A stretch of DNA of 64,000 nt from Blepharisma stoltei ATCC 30299. Taxonomy: Eukaryota; Protista; Ciliophora. The position numbers were made by a program, and so were the translations under genes. Shown one piece after another: positions 1 through 12,190 of this stretch. The stretch lies in contig CBFDEM010000058.1 in the NCBI GenBank assembly GCA_965603825.1, positions 682,001 through 746,000 of the forward strand, given 5' to 3'. The notes under the pieces are model-generated. The model ran no database searches. It had not been told where the DNA came from and saw only the letters and a list, made by a program, of their open reading frames with translations. Each line of letters begins with the position of its first letter. Position 1 is the stretch's first letter.

Positions 1-129
1 TTTGACATAGGAGTCTGATGATTCCTTTATCAAAGAAACGATATCTTCTCTTGCATTTTTAATTTCTTCATGTTCAAAAGCTTTTTGATGAAGAAAATTC
101 AGCTTCTCTAACTTAGTTGGCAAGTCCAT
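1..129 (-). CDS. 5' part (runs off window) of ATP-grasp-like/truncated-globin family paralogue 1
   Basis: ATG at 129 reads MDLPTKLEKLNFLHQKAFEHEEIKNAREDIVSLIKESS, closely matching the N-terminus of the gene at 2792 (MDLPAKLTKLNFIRQKTFEEEEIKNTRDDIVSLIKESS). Confidence 0.85.
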   Translation of the reverse strand, partial: MDLPTKLEKLNFLHQKAFEHEEIKNAREDIVSLIKESSDSYVK

Positions 130-767
130 TATTATAACAAAAAATGATATAAAAAAAAGTGTTGTATATGTAGGTATGCCAATTTGCTTAAACTTTTGCA
201 TAATATGGGCTGTTAAAAATTATAAACTTGTTTTTTATTGTAATTGATTTCTAATTAATTTTATTTTCCAATAAATCTATTTTTTGAGATTTTATTTAAA
301 ACAATTTTATATCAGAATTGCTATATTTAAGAGCTGAAGTAGTTATAAGAATTATAAATAAATTCTGGCATTTAAATAATGATTTCTGATGCTGTTAAAT
401 TAAAACAGTTAATAAAATAAAAGGAATTCTGCAGAAAGAAAGAAAGAAATACGTATTTGCTCTAGAATTTTTATATTAAAAATAGAGCACCAAGATCAAC
501 TTTATTACTGCGAGATTTCATCTATCTGTTCTTTTATTCATCTACTTCAAGTCATATGATTAATTCCCAAGTGATAGAATGCTGGCTTTGCATTCATTTT
601 TTGTTAAAGATTCGTCATTGAAATAGACAATTCCCACATGATTATTTCATAGTCTCTAATTTATTTTTTTAATAAAACACTTATTAAGCTATCTATTAAC
701 TTCAAAACTGTCCGTTTGCATTTTCGCTTAAATTTTACCTATGGTATATTTAATTATTCAATTAAAC

Positions 768-2792
768 TTAATCAGTTCCTTGTTTGCATACCAAAGTCTT
801 CAATGACCTGATTTGCGCCATCATAATGCTTTTATCAAGCTCTTTTATTTGGAATTCTACCAGTGTGCTTTCGTAAATATCGCTGAAACTATTAAACTCT
901 TTTTCAGAGAGCTCCAAAGGTTGATGAGCAGCTCTTATTCTTCTTCTGAACTTAGGATCAATTGTTCCATTAAATAAATTAAACATCCCAGAAACAATCA
1001 TTGTAAAATTTTCAAGTTTTGCACATTTAAAATATTTGATGAGAGAATTATTTTCAAGAATTTTATTGCAAAGCGAAAAGATGAATTGGTCCCAAAATGG
1101 TTTACCGCCGTATTTTTCTACTAAATTTTCGTTTTTAACTTTTGTCGCTTGTGTGCTTAGATTCATTTCGTCTAAATTATCAACAATGGTATTGATATGA
1201 TTTTTTACAAAAGTATCAACCATTGTAGAAAATGATGGTTTTTTTGCTTTTGCGAAAATTTCAGTTGGATGATTAATTATAAGGGGATTTTTTCTTCTTA
1301 CTGAGCTAAATAGACATGACATAGGGCTTGAGTCTGCAAAATAAAATGGGCATTTTTGAGGTGCTGTAGACATTGAATTTATGCTCATTTCGCCTTCATT
1401 ATTGGCGATTTTATCTGATCTTTCGTTTAATGTATAGCATTTATCATAAAGCTCATTTTCAGGTATAGGTTTGGGATTCGATTTATTTCTATATAACCCA
1501 GCTAAAGAGTTCGTAGATTTTACCACACTTTTGTTTAAATCTTGTTCTGGAGCTTCAACAATAAATTCTTCTACTTTAGAATTATCCAGACTACTATATT
1601 TGTTTCTTTGTCTTCTAAAGCATATGCTTATTGTTTCAGGAATTTTAATAGGCTGAGATCTTCTTAAGCTTGTATTTAAACTGTTTGCAAATTCTTTGCA
1701 TTTGAGCAAAAATCATTTTTTATCCCTGTTTTGTATAAAATCAAGCACAATTCCATTGATATAATTATCTTTAAAAGGATATTTATTTAAAAACTCAATG
1801 ATTTTGGCAGTCATAGCGCTAATTTCAGGAAATTGCCCTTTGGTCTCAACAACAAAACATTTTTCAGGGTTTTTTGGATTTACTAAAAATTCATTACTAT
1901 TGTCTTTACTAATTTGAGTAAATAAATTATTTTTTGTCTCTTTGGGGGGATTAATACTAGCATAAAATTCTTCAGATGTACTATAAGAAAACGACTTTGA
2001 TCTCCCTTTTGGTATTAAGACTGACTCTTTTTCACTTTTTACCTTGAAAGGGTTGTTTATAGATTGAGAAGATTTGTTTAGCAGTGTCCTATAATCAAAA
2101 GTAGAGAGCCTCCTCTTTTGAGCGAATCCAGGATCGACAGCTGCAGGCTTAGGCTCAGTCTTCACTTTTCGACTGAGCTTTTTATAGTTAATAATAGAAA
2201 AATATTTTGTCTTGGCTCCATCTACTCACAAAACCCTTATAATAGATGCAGGGTTTGAAAAACTCAGAATGTAATGCTGCATTTTGGCAGTCTCCTTGGA
2301 AGAATTTCAAACAGTTTTTGCAGACTCTTTTGAGTGCATAAGATCTCCTTCTTTGTTTAGTGCTTTATAGATGTAAAGTGGGGCATTTTCTTCATACTCA
2401 GTTTCTATGTTATAATATTCTTCCTCACTGCAAGGCCTGGTAACAACTTTTCCAGTTTTTGCTGTCTGAACTAAATTTGAAGGGAAATTCTCATTTCTGA
2501 CAATTGTGGTTGGGATATTTATATCAATGCTGCTTACGGCTGGATATTTTATAAAAGTATCAAAAATATCTAATTTCCGTTGAATGGAGTTACTTGACAG
2601 CAAGCTATTGAATTTTTGAGCATTTTTTCTTTCCAGAAGCTTAGAATTGTTTCCAAAGCCGTTAATAAGAGCTTTTTGTGACGATTCCTTAATCAAGGAA
2701 ACGATGTCATCTCTTGTGTTTTTTATTTCTTCTTCCTCAAAGGTCTTTTGACGAATGAAATTCAGTTTTGTAAGTTTAGCTGGCAAATCCAT
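768..2792 (-). CDS. ATP-grasp-like + C-terminal group I truncated hemoglobin fusion, paralogue 2 (674 aa)
   Basis: One frame once TGA at 2307-2309, 2226-2228 and 1713-1715 is read as Trp. The C-terminal ~120 aa has 2/2-globin motifs (LVEKYGG, KYF CD1, RAAH F8 His, EF). N-terminal motifs are IPTT, PLYIYK, MQHYI, IRVLW and GIVLDFIQNRDKKWFLL. Confidence 0.85.
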
Positions 2793-3643
2793 TATATAAA
2801 GATTAAAGGAATATAAAAAAAAAAATTAAATATCGCCTGCATCGATTATGGAAGGGTTATAGTTTTTTTAGTTCTATTTAATCTTCTAATTTAATTTTTA
2901 TTTAATAAATATTTTTGAAACCTTATCTGCATTAAATAAATTATTCAACAAAGGCGCTTTGTTAGAAATAATATTTTAAAGCTAATATTGCTAGTAAAGT
3001 ATCATTTACAAATTTCTGGAACTATTCAAAAGAAATTCTGATAGACAAATTATTTTTAGAGCTATTAGATTTATAAGTTTATTTTGATTATTAGAGATTA
3101 CTGTCAAAAACCGTAAGAATTTTGGATATACATGGAATAACAAATTTTCAAGTGAACCAAAACTGAAGTATCCTCCATGTGAAATATTTAGATTTATAAT
3201 GATACATAATCAGATATGGTGACCTCTCGGCCTATCTCAAGCACATATTTTATTATGCTACTAGGTTTTTAATAATTAAGAAATCGGAAGCAATGCTAGA
3301 TGTCTGTGGAATTTAACTCAAGTCTTTCTCCAGGCTAATTTTGCCTTTTTTGATGAGTAAGACATAAGTTAGAAAGGTTAAGCACGAACAATGTCTATGA
3401 AGGTGGATAGAGCACCGCTCAGCCTAGCAGAAAATTCTATTATGAAACTGGGTGATTTCCATGTAGACAACCCAGGTAGACAAGCATGAAAGAGTGAAGA
3501 ATCAAGGATACGCAACCACCTTTTAGGTGCAACAATTTATCACTGTCGCTATTACCTTTTCAATTTTAATTTATTTATTTATTTATTCACAAAAAGCATA
3601 TTAAATTTATAAATTATCATCTATATAAAAATTTCAATAATAT

Positions 3644-5671
3644 TTATATTCCTTTTGTTACTAGGCACTTCAAAGATTTAACTTGAGACATCATAAGCTG
3701 TCTATCTATCTCTTCAATCTGAAATTCATACAAAGTACTTTCAAAAATGTCAGAATAGCTTTCAAATTCATGGTCAGTAATCCCTAAATTATGGTGTGAT
3801 GACCTTATATTCCTTCTAAACTCAAGATTTACCATTCCATTAAAAATTGTGAACATCCCATGCATAATCATTCCAAAAGTCTCTAATTTCGTTTTCTTAA
3901 AATACTTGGTCAAGCTATCATTTGCCAAAATTTTATTATAAAGTGACAAAATAAACTGATTTCAAAATTGTTCTCCTCCATATTTTTCGCTTAAGTTTTT
4001 ATTGACTTTGGACAATTTGGTTTTAAACTTTGCTTCATCTAGATTATCTGCCACATTTTTTAAGTGCTTTCGGATGCATAAATTGTTTTTGTCACTATTT
4101 AAAGAATCCTTAATAAATGAAGCATTTTCAATTTTTAAGGTACTATTAAGTGGGCATTCGTAGAGTTCTGATGGAGGAATTGGGGAGAGAAACGGCCTGA
4201 GATTGTACCGCATTTTGTAAGCTTGGATACTTTGCTCTCTAAAATCAAGCGCACATAGACTTGTAGAGTGTGCGTGACTTACAATTCTATCAATTTTTTC
4301 GTTTACTTTGTGTATTCTATCTATAATATCTTTTTCTTGAACTTCTGGCTTGCAGTATTCTTTTGATTTTGATCTGATCCTAAAGGGCAGATCATAAGTT
4401 TTTTCTTTTTCATCTGATTCAGTAAAACTTGTCTCGGAGTATCTTTTGGATGATTCAATTTTATTTTTGGAGTTTTGGGGCAAATCAGAAGATTTTCGCC
4501 TTCTGGATGATAATGAGGAGGATTTTCTGTCTCCGATTTTATTCAATTCTAGTCCCAATTTATTAGTAAATGCACATTCTTTGCAATCAATTAACACCCA
4601 ATTTTTATCTTTATCTTGGATAAAATCAAGCACTAATCCTTTTATCCCGTCGTCTTTAAATACTTTGACATTTAAAAAATTTGTTATTTCTGAGACCATT
4701 TTTTCTAGTTCTGGGAATTTTCCTTTTATTTCTGCTCCTATGCAACTTTTAGGTTTTTGAGAATTTACAATAAATTCATTTGATATGAAATTGTCAGAGA
4801 ATCTTTGAAGATTTTCTTTTGTTAATAAAGGAATATCTTTATTTAAGAATTCATCATTTTCTCCATTAGTGACATTAATATCAGAAAATTCAGTCGTGCT
4901 TAAATAATTTTGTGGCTTATTGGCAATTATCGATTTTGATATTTGTGAAAATGTACTTGAGCAGCGAAAATCTGAAGATGGGCGATATATTTTTCTTGTC
5001 GGTTTTTTGGGGGTAAAATCGGTTGTTGATTCTGATTTGGTTCTTGCTGGAAGGTTGCGGTTTATAATATTGAAAAATTTGAGGTTACAGCCGATTTTTC
5101 ATAAAACTCGTGTTATAGAAGCTGGATTTGTGAAGCTTTGTACATAATATTGCATGATTGCAGGCTTTTTGGCTGATTTTCAAATTGTTTGAGCACTTTC
5201 AATTGATCTGAATGTTATAATTTCCTTATTTTCTACTTTATAGCAGAAAATTGGGTTAAAGTCATCATTTTTCTTTGGATTTAGCTTAAAAAATTCATTG
5301 TCAATGCAGGGTCGAGAAATAATAGCTCCATTTTTTAAAGTTTTCATCAAAAATGGAACCGAGATATTTTCTACCCTCAGTATTGTAGTTGGAATATTTA
5401 CAAAAACTCTAATTGAATCTAAATGCTTAGCAAATAAGCTGAAGAGATGTAGTTTTTGACATTTTGCAGTTTTTGGGAGCAAATTATTTAACTTTTGAAG
5501 AAAAAGGTCTTGGACACAGTCTTCTTTATTTATGACTCCGTCAAAAATGTCTTGATCTATTGACTCATCTTCAATCGTTCTAGAACCTTCTTTGAAATTT
5601 TTAATTTCATCCCTTTCACTGATTTTGTGATGATAATCCTTAAGGTCTTGCAATATAACTGGTATGTCCAT
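3644..5671 (-). CDS. ATP-grasp-like + truncated hemoglobin fusion, paralogue 3 (675 aa)
   Basis: Continuous frame with TGA=Trp at 5180-5182, 5099-5101 and 3962-3964. KYGGEQF-TGA aligns with KYGGKPFW and KYGGEDFW in the paralogues. Globin motifs SLYNKIL, KYF, RSSH. Confidence 0.85.
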
Positions 5672-6303
5672 AAACAGATTCTTTTTTTTAAGAATTACAT
5701 ATTTTCTTATTACTTTACTGATAGCATAAGGTATTAATTATTATCGGTGAATAATGAAGGTATTTTGCAATAAAAACTCATTTTAGAAATAAAAGAAAAT
5801 GCAAGTTTTTGCTTTAAACAATGCTATTGCTAAATCTCTAATTTAAAATATTTTTTATATGAAAATTTTAGATTGAAAAAGAAGATAGGAAAACAGTCTA
5901 TTTATTTATTAATATTTTAGACGCTTTAATACAATTTAAACACTTACAGAAATCTACAATAGTAAATCTTATTAACTACAAAGTATTTTATATATATTCT
6001 TAACTTTTTCTTATGAGGCCTTCTTATTCAGTAACCAGGATAGGGAGGCACTTTGCCTTGAATTAAAAAAATAATCTATAATAATTTAAAATTCAATAGT
6101 TAAAATCAAATGACAACAGTTTTTGGTAAAATCTCACAGTAAAATATTATAACTTAAAGATTAGTTTATATTCATGAGCAGATCCCTGCTTTCCAATAGG
6201 AAGTTGCTCATTTAAGATGAAATAATAAGATAATTATTCTAAAATCAAAAAAACTTCAAAACATGCACTTATAATCCAGGCTGCTTTATTAAAAATCACT
6301 TAT

Positions 6304-8379
6304 TTACTGTCTTACTACTAAGCACTTCATAGATTTAATTTGAGACATGATAACAGTTTTATCATCCTCCTCAATCAAAAACTCTTCCAAAGTTTTTTCA
6401 AAAATATCTGAGTAAGACTCAAATTCTTGCTCATTTACCAAATAATTTGCATGAACTGCCCTAACTCTTCTTCGAAACTGCATATTAATATCAGAGTTAA
6501 ATACCTTATACATACTTGTGCATATCATTTCAAAGTTTTCTAATTGTGTACATTTGAAATGTTTATTTAATACTTTATCTGCTAAAATTTGGCCATATAA
6601 TGATAAAATAAAATGCTGCCAAAAATCTTCGCCTCCGTATTTTCCGACTAAATCTTGCTCTTTTATTTTAGAAATTTTTATTTTTTTGGAAAGAGAGTCA
6701 AAGCTGTCAACTGTGGCTGTGAGATGTCTTCGGCTGCATCTGTAGACTTCATTATCAAAGGCAGGCTTATTCATGATTAATGATGGGTTTTGTGCTTGCT
6801 CTGGGGAGCTTGGAGATTGATGAGCTGGGCTAGCTAATGAATGCTTTATCATATTTAGAGGCATTGTGCCTGATTTTAAAAGATTTTTATAAGCTTCAAT
6901 GCTTTGCTCTTTAAAGTCAAATAGAGGTAGTATTTTTGATGGTCTGTAATCTGAAAGTTTTGTAGCTTTTTCAACAATTTTGTTATATCTTTCTATAATT
7001 GAGCTTTCATTTGGGCTGGAATCTTCAATTGGTTTGGATTTTGACCTAATATGGAATTTTGGTATATAATCTATTACATTTTCATTCTCACTTTCATCTA
7101 TAATCACACTTTTAGCTGTAATTAGTCGGTCTTCAGCATTTGCTTCCATTATTGTTTCCGGCTGAAGTGTCAATTTTTTGGGGGATTCTCTTTTTGAATA
7201 TAAAGGACACGCTGAATGCGCTCTTTCTATTTTATCAGGAGAAAAATATTGCTGAGACTCATTTAAAAGCAGCTCTTTGACATCTAAAAAAATCCAATTT
7301 TTCTGTTTATCTTGTATAAAATCCATAACGATCCCTTTAATCGTGTTTTCTTTAAAAATGTACGAGCTTAAAAAGTTTTTTACTTGCTTAAGCATCCCGT
7401 CCACTTCTTCAATTGGCCCACGCTTTTCCATGACCCAGCATTTGCCAATCATTTTGGTAGAAATTATATGCTGCTCATTATAATCTGGAGAAGGCGAATT
7501 ATCCGTAATTCTTTTTGTATCAAAAGTGTCATTTTTTCGTAAAAATTCTTGGGATCTTTTTTTGGGGATTTTTTTATCGTCAAAGCTTAAATTAAGCTTA
7601 AAAGGGTTATTTATAGAAGACGAAGTTTTCAATAGGTAATTTGTGAAGCGAAATTCAGGGGGACGAGAAGAAGATTTTGTGCGTTTTGGCTGCTTTTTGA
7701 TAGGAGTCAATTTATTTATTTTGCTCAAATGAGAGTCATTTCTGTTTACAATGCTGAAATATTTTATTTTTTGGGAGGATTTTCATAGAACTCTTAAAAT
7801 TGAAGTAGGCTTAGAACAGCATCGAATAAAGCGCTGGATTCTTTTGGGGCGATTTCGTGAGGCGATTCATGTATCTTCTGCTGTGTGAATGGAATTTATT
7901 AAGATTGACCGATTTGGGTGAGATTTGAAACAAAAAAGGGGAGAGTCATCAGAGTGTTCTCGGTAAAGTGAAAAAAATTTTTGTTCTGCGCAGGGAGTTC
8001 CGGAAATTTTCCCATGCTTGTCAGTTCAAAGCTTGTAGCTTGTAGGTAAATCTTCTCCAGCTATCAATGTATCTGGAATTCTAAGAGATATGCAATTTTC
8101 ATGCCAATGCCTAGCTAGCTCAAAGTATATATCAATCTGTTTAGGCTTTCCTCCAGTTTTACCAAGTAAACAATTGAGTTTCTCTATGAAAACATCATGA
8201 TTTTTTTGCGATTCAAGGCCTTTTCTAAATCTTAACCTTAATCCTTTCTTTGGAGACTCATCAATAAGTTTCAGCAGATGTGCACGATGTATTTTATCAT
8301 CTTCATTTGAATCATTATGATGAAAAGTCTGCTTATAGCTTACCCTGATCTGGTTTAATATATGTGGAACATTAATCAT
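6304..8379 (-). CDS. ATP-grasp-like + truncated hemoglobin fusion, paralogue 4 (691 aa)
   Basis: Continuous frame with TGA=Trp at 8026-8028, 7867-7869 and 7783-7785. Motifs IPDT, PLFCFK, IQRFI, LRVLW, GIVMDFIQDKQKNWIFLDVK. Globin motifs SLYGQIL, KHF, RAVH. Confidence 0.85.
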
Positions 8380-8629
8380 TACTCAATTTTTTGTACCAAA
8401 TCAGAATAATTGCAAACATTTTCGAATTTACTGTAGATTTAATCAGTATAAAAAAATTTTATATTACTCAATAAATCACTCCACCTCTTTACTACTTATT
8501 TTTTAATTCAGTATGCCGATTACCTCATCATTTTAAATTTTCACCAGCTATTAAATAATTTTTCCTTATTATTTATTATTTATTATTAAATATTAAATAA
8601 TTTTCTGAAAAATTTTCTTGTTTTATTTT

Positions 8630-10447
8630 CTATTTTAATTCAAAATCTCTGATAGGACTTGAAAGATCACAGTTTTCAACGATGACATTTGGAGTTGCGA
8701 CTCCAGCAGACCTCGGCGAATTAAATTCTTCACTAGTCAATGTGTCTCCTACTTCACTATCTCCATACTGAGAATCACTTACTCGTGAAGAAGTCCTTGA
8801 CATCTGAATTTCATCAAGCCATAAAGGAACTTTTAATTTTTCAGTTTCCTCTTTTTCGGTATCGAAATTTATATCAAGCGTGACCTATGTGTTTTTTACC
8901 ATCAATTGATCAATGATTTCACTTGAAAGCTTATAGTGGCTTGCGTATCTTAATACTAGTTGAGCTGCATAGTCAACGTCAACTTTAAAATTGACCATTA
9001 TATGCCCATAAGAAACTAATTGGCAAAACACAATATTTTTTATTCTCTGCTGGGTATCTTCAGCATTTTCCATTTTTGTAGCTTCCAGTTCTTCTTGGTT
9101 TTTGACTTCTTCGTCAATTGAGGTTTGTATAACTTTATTTCAAAATTCAAGGTTGGACCAGATTTTGTGGTCTAATATAAAGTTTTGTAAATATTGCTTG
9201 TTGGAATCTGGGTTATCACATTCCTTGTAAAAAGTCTGTGATAAAATAATGCAGCTTTTTCCAATCTGGCTATCCTGAAAACGGTCACACTAAATATCCT
9301 TTACCTCATTTAGAACTGATCTCAATAGCAACCCAATCTGGTTAAACCCTCCTTCTGCAATTGCAAAAATCCCATTATTTCTTCTTTGATTCAGACAGTA
9401 AGACCACAGTTTTCTCCCAAAAGAGTCTTTTATAATGTTATTGAAATGATTATAGTCCTCTGACGTTAACACATCTCCTTGCCATGCTTTTTGAATTATA
9501 GAGTCCATTTCTCCTCTCAGCATCTCCTCAATCGCATTTTGTGTCGCTTGTTCGTCATAGCCTTCCTCAAAAGCAGGTAAATCTATTAATGGAGGATTTG
9601 TACCAAGATTTTTAAAAGCATGGTGCTGTCCTTCATAAGGCTCAAAATCTACGCTTTCTTTTGTATAGTTTAAGTCAAAGTGGAAAATTTTGCTTAAATC
9701 GATCTGCATGTCCACTTTATCCATTGTGGTTTTTATTGAGTCCAGCTCAGTAAAGCTGGTTTGGTTGTAAATTAATTCGTAATTGAGGAGCTTGTAGACC
9801 AGCTCTTTTTTGGTTTCAAGACGCTGCCTTTCATGGCTTCTATAGATTTCGATTAAAGTTTTGACGTTTTCGGTGTATTGGTCGTAATATCTGTTTAAGC
9901 TTTCGACACTTTCTAAATAATTTTTTAAATTTGAATCCACTTCTCTCTTACAAATCACAAGTTTTTGTACGATTTTTTCTACTTTACCTTGGCTTCTTTG
10001 CTGCTCCATTTGTAAAGTAAGCTGCTCATAATCGCTGCAGGCTTTGGCGTATCTTTCTTTTGTTGTTTCGTTCCTCTCAATTAAATTTTCTTTTTCCTTT
10101 TCCAAAATCTGCCCTTCAGCATGTGTCTTTTTTATATTAAGGGCTTGGATTTTTAGTAATTCTCCGTATGGATCTGCTATTTGCTTTCTTATATTTTCCG
10201 CAAATATTTTGGCCTGCTTTGCCCTTTCTAGGCTTTCTAATTTAATAGCACTAAGAACATCTGATAAACTCCCATGATTTATCAAGAAATATGAGTGATT
10301 TCCAATCCTTTCCAGTCCTTTCGCATAGAATTCTTCATGCATGGCTCGTTCTCTTAGCAGCTGTATGAAATCTTCACCTGCCCTTCTCCTTTGTAATGAG
10401 TGCTGATGCATAATTTCAAAACAGTCAAAAATGCTTTTTGATGACAT
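8630..10447 (-). CDS. F-BAR/FCH-domain protein with C-terminal SBF2-like helical domain
   Basis: FCH motif (FIQLLRERAMHEEFYAKGL) followed by coiled coil. 15-nt introns at 9290-9304 and 8885-8899. HKIWSNLEF-TGA(W) at 9140-9142 resembles the SBF2/DENN-associated motif. Stop TAG at 8630. Confidence 0.7.
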
Positions 10448-10738
10448 TTATTATTAATCTCAGGGAAATCATACATATTGGATCATATGAGAAATCATCT
10501 AAATGATAATCTATTAGAAATTAAGCTGACAAGTGTTTCAACTTTTTCTATAGCTTGAAGATAAATTATTAAAAATCTATTAATTTTTGTGAAAAATATT
10601 TAGAATTTATTATAAAAAATCGATTAAAATCGGAAATTGTTTTTAAAAACACAAATTTTACTTAAAAATCTAAATTTTCAGAGAAATTTTACTACACTCA
10701 GGACATTTTTGTAATTAAAAGAGTTTTAAATAATAAAT

Positions 10739-11209
10739 ATGCTCAAAGTTACTATTGCTTTGCTTATATGCGGAGTTTTTGGATTTTGGGGATCTTCAGA
10801 TACAGGCAGCGATGTGTCTTTGCACATGCCGCACGTCATTAAAAGCATCCTCGAGGAGCAAGGCATTTCAACAGTTGAAGCTAAATTAATATCACAGTCA
10901 TATTTAGCCAAAAATGAAGGAATGGACTTCAAAAAACTGGAAAATTCAATACTTAATGGAGACCTGTTTAAATATATAGATGAGTGGAGAAAGGGGCTGT
11001 TTTCTGAAGTTTTCCCTCAAGAATCCAAAGAGGTGCTGAAAAGAATGAAGACAATGCCATTTTCATATGAGTATTACCAAGCAATTACAACTTCATTTGA
11101 TGATTACATGGACAAGAAGCCTAAAGAAGAGCATAAGGCCAAAATAAATGTGTCACATGGTGAGATTGAGGAATGCCCAGTTTTGGTTAATTTCCCATAT
11201 ACATTTTAA
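10739..11209 (+). CDS. Hypothetical protein with signal-peptide-like N-terminus
   Basis: 156-aa ATG..TAA ORF with a hydrophobic N-terminus (MLKVTIALLICGVFG). No family recognised. Confidence 0.6.
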   Translation: MLKVTIALLICGVFGFWGSSDTGSDVSLHMPHVIKSILEEQGISTVEAKLISQSYLAKNEGMDFKKLENSILNGDLFKYIDEWRKGLFSEVFPQESKEVLKRMKTMPFSYEYYQAITTSFDDYMDKKPKEEHKAKINVSHGEIEECPVLVNFPYTF

Positions 11210-12190
11210 TAGTCTAATTAATAGGACAAAATCAATTATCATAGCAAGAATTACGTTTAGTATGCAAATTTATTATTTATTGTTTTATATTTTTAATTAA
11301 AATTAGGGTATTTATATAAATTTTTTATTAACTTTTATAAATAGGGATTTGGAAAGTGTAATATCAATATGAGAGATTATAGATTATTCGAGCTTACTGT
11401 GCTTAGAGGAATACTGCTAATTAAAGGAGCATCATTTTAGAGTTAAAAAAGGATTTAAAAGGGCATTTTGATTGTTTTTAACGAAATAAATATCGAAATA
11501 TCAAATATGCTGCTATCTGTTACTTATATTTAAAAATATTTATGACTTTTTTTTAGGTTGTTTGCTCTAAAGGCAGGAAGAGGAAAGAGGAATGCGGATG
11601 CTTGGGCAGCGGAATGGAGCATTAACAAGTCATTGGAAGGATATTGGAGCGATTATGGAAGCACTACGTAAATTTCTTTGGGTTGGCTTAGGCTTAGGAA
11701 TATATCATCAAAAAAGTTTAGAAGAGAAGCTTCTATGACTAAAAAATGTTTTTACGAGACTTTGCATTTTTTTAGTAAAATTGAAGTTGTTTTTATTTTT
11801 GCTGTTGATTTGACATTGTTGATATGATTCTGTTGTAGATACTACTATTGATGGTTCAGATATGTGACGCAGTTTTGAATAAAAGAGAGAAATGTAGCAT
11901 TTTCACCGCTAAAATATAAGTTAATAGTTATATGCTAATTTTTTTTTCTTTATCATTAGCTTTTAACTCATAAAAATAACGTTTTTCTCGCTCACAGAGA
12001 AGAATTCAGTATAATTAATTATTTAAATATAACTAGCATCCGTATTACTTCTTAATCAATTCAATTAAATTACCAATCTTTAAAACTCAACAAGTTTATA
12101 TTCATAATTAATATAAAAAGAATGGTGTAAATTCAAGACTTAGCTGTTATAAAGATTTGTCTTAGAGAAAAGTTTTAAGTAATAGTAAAT

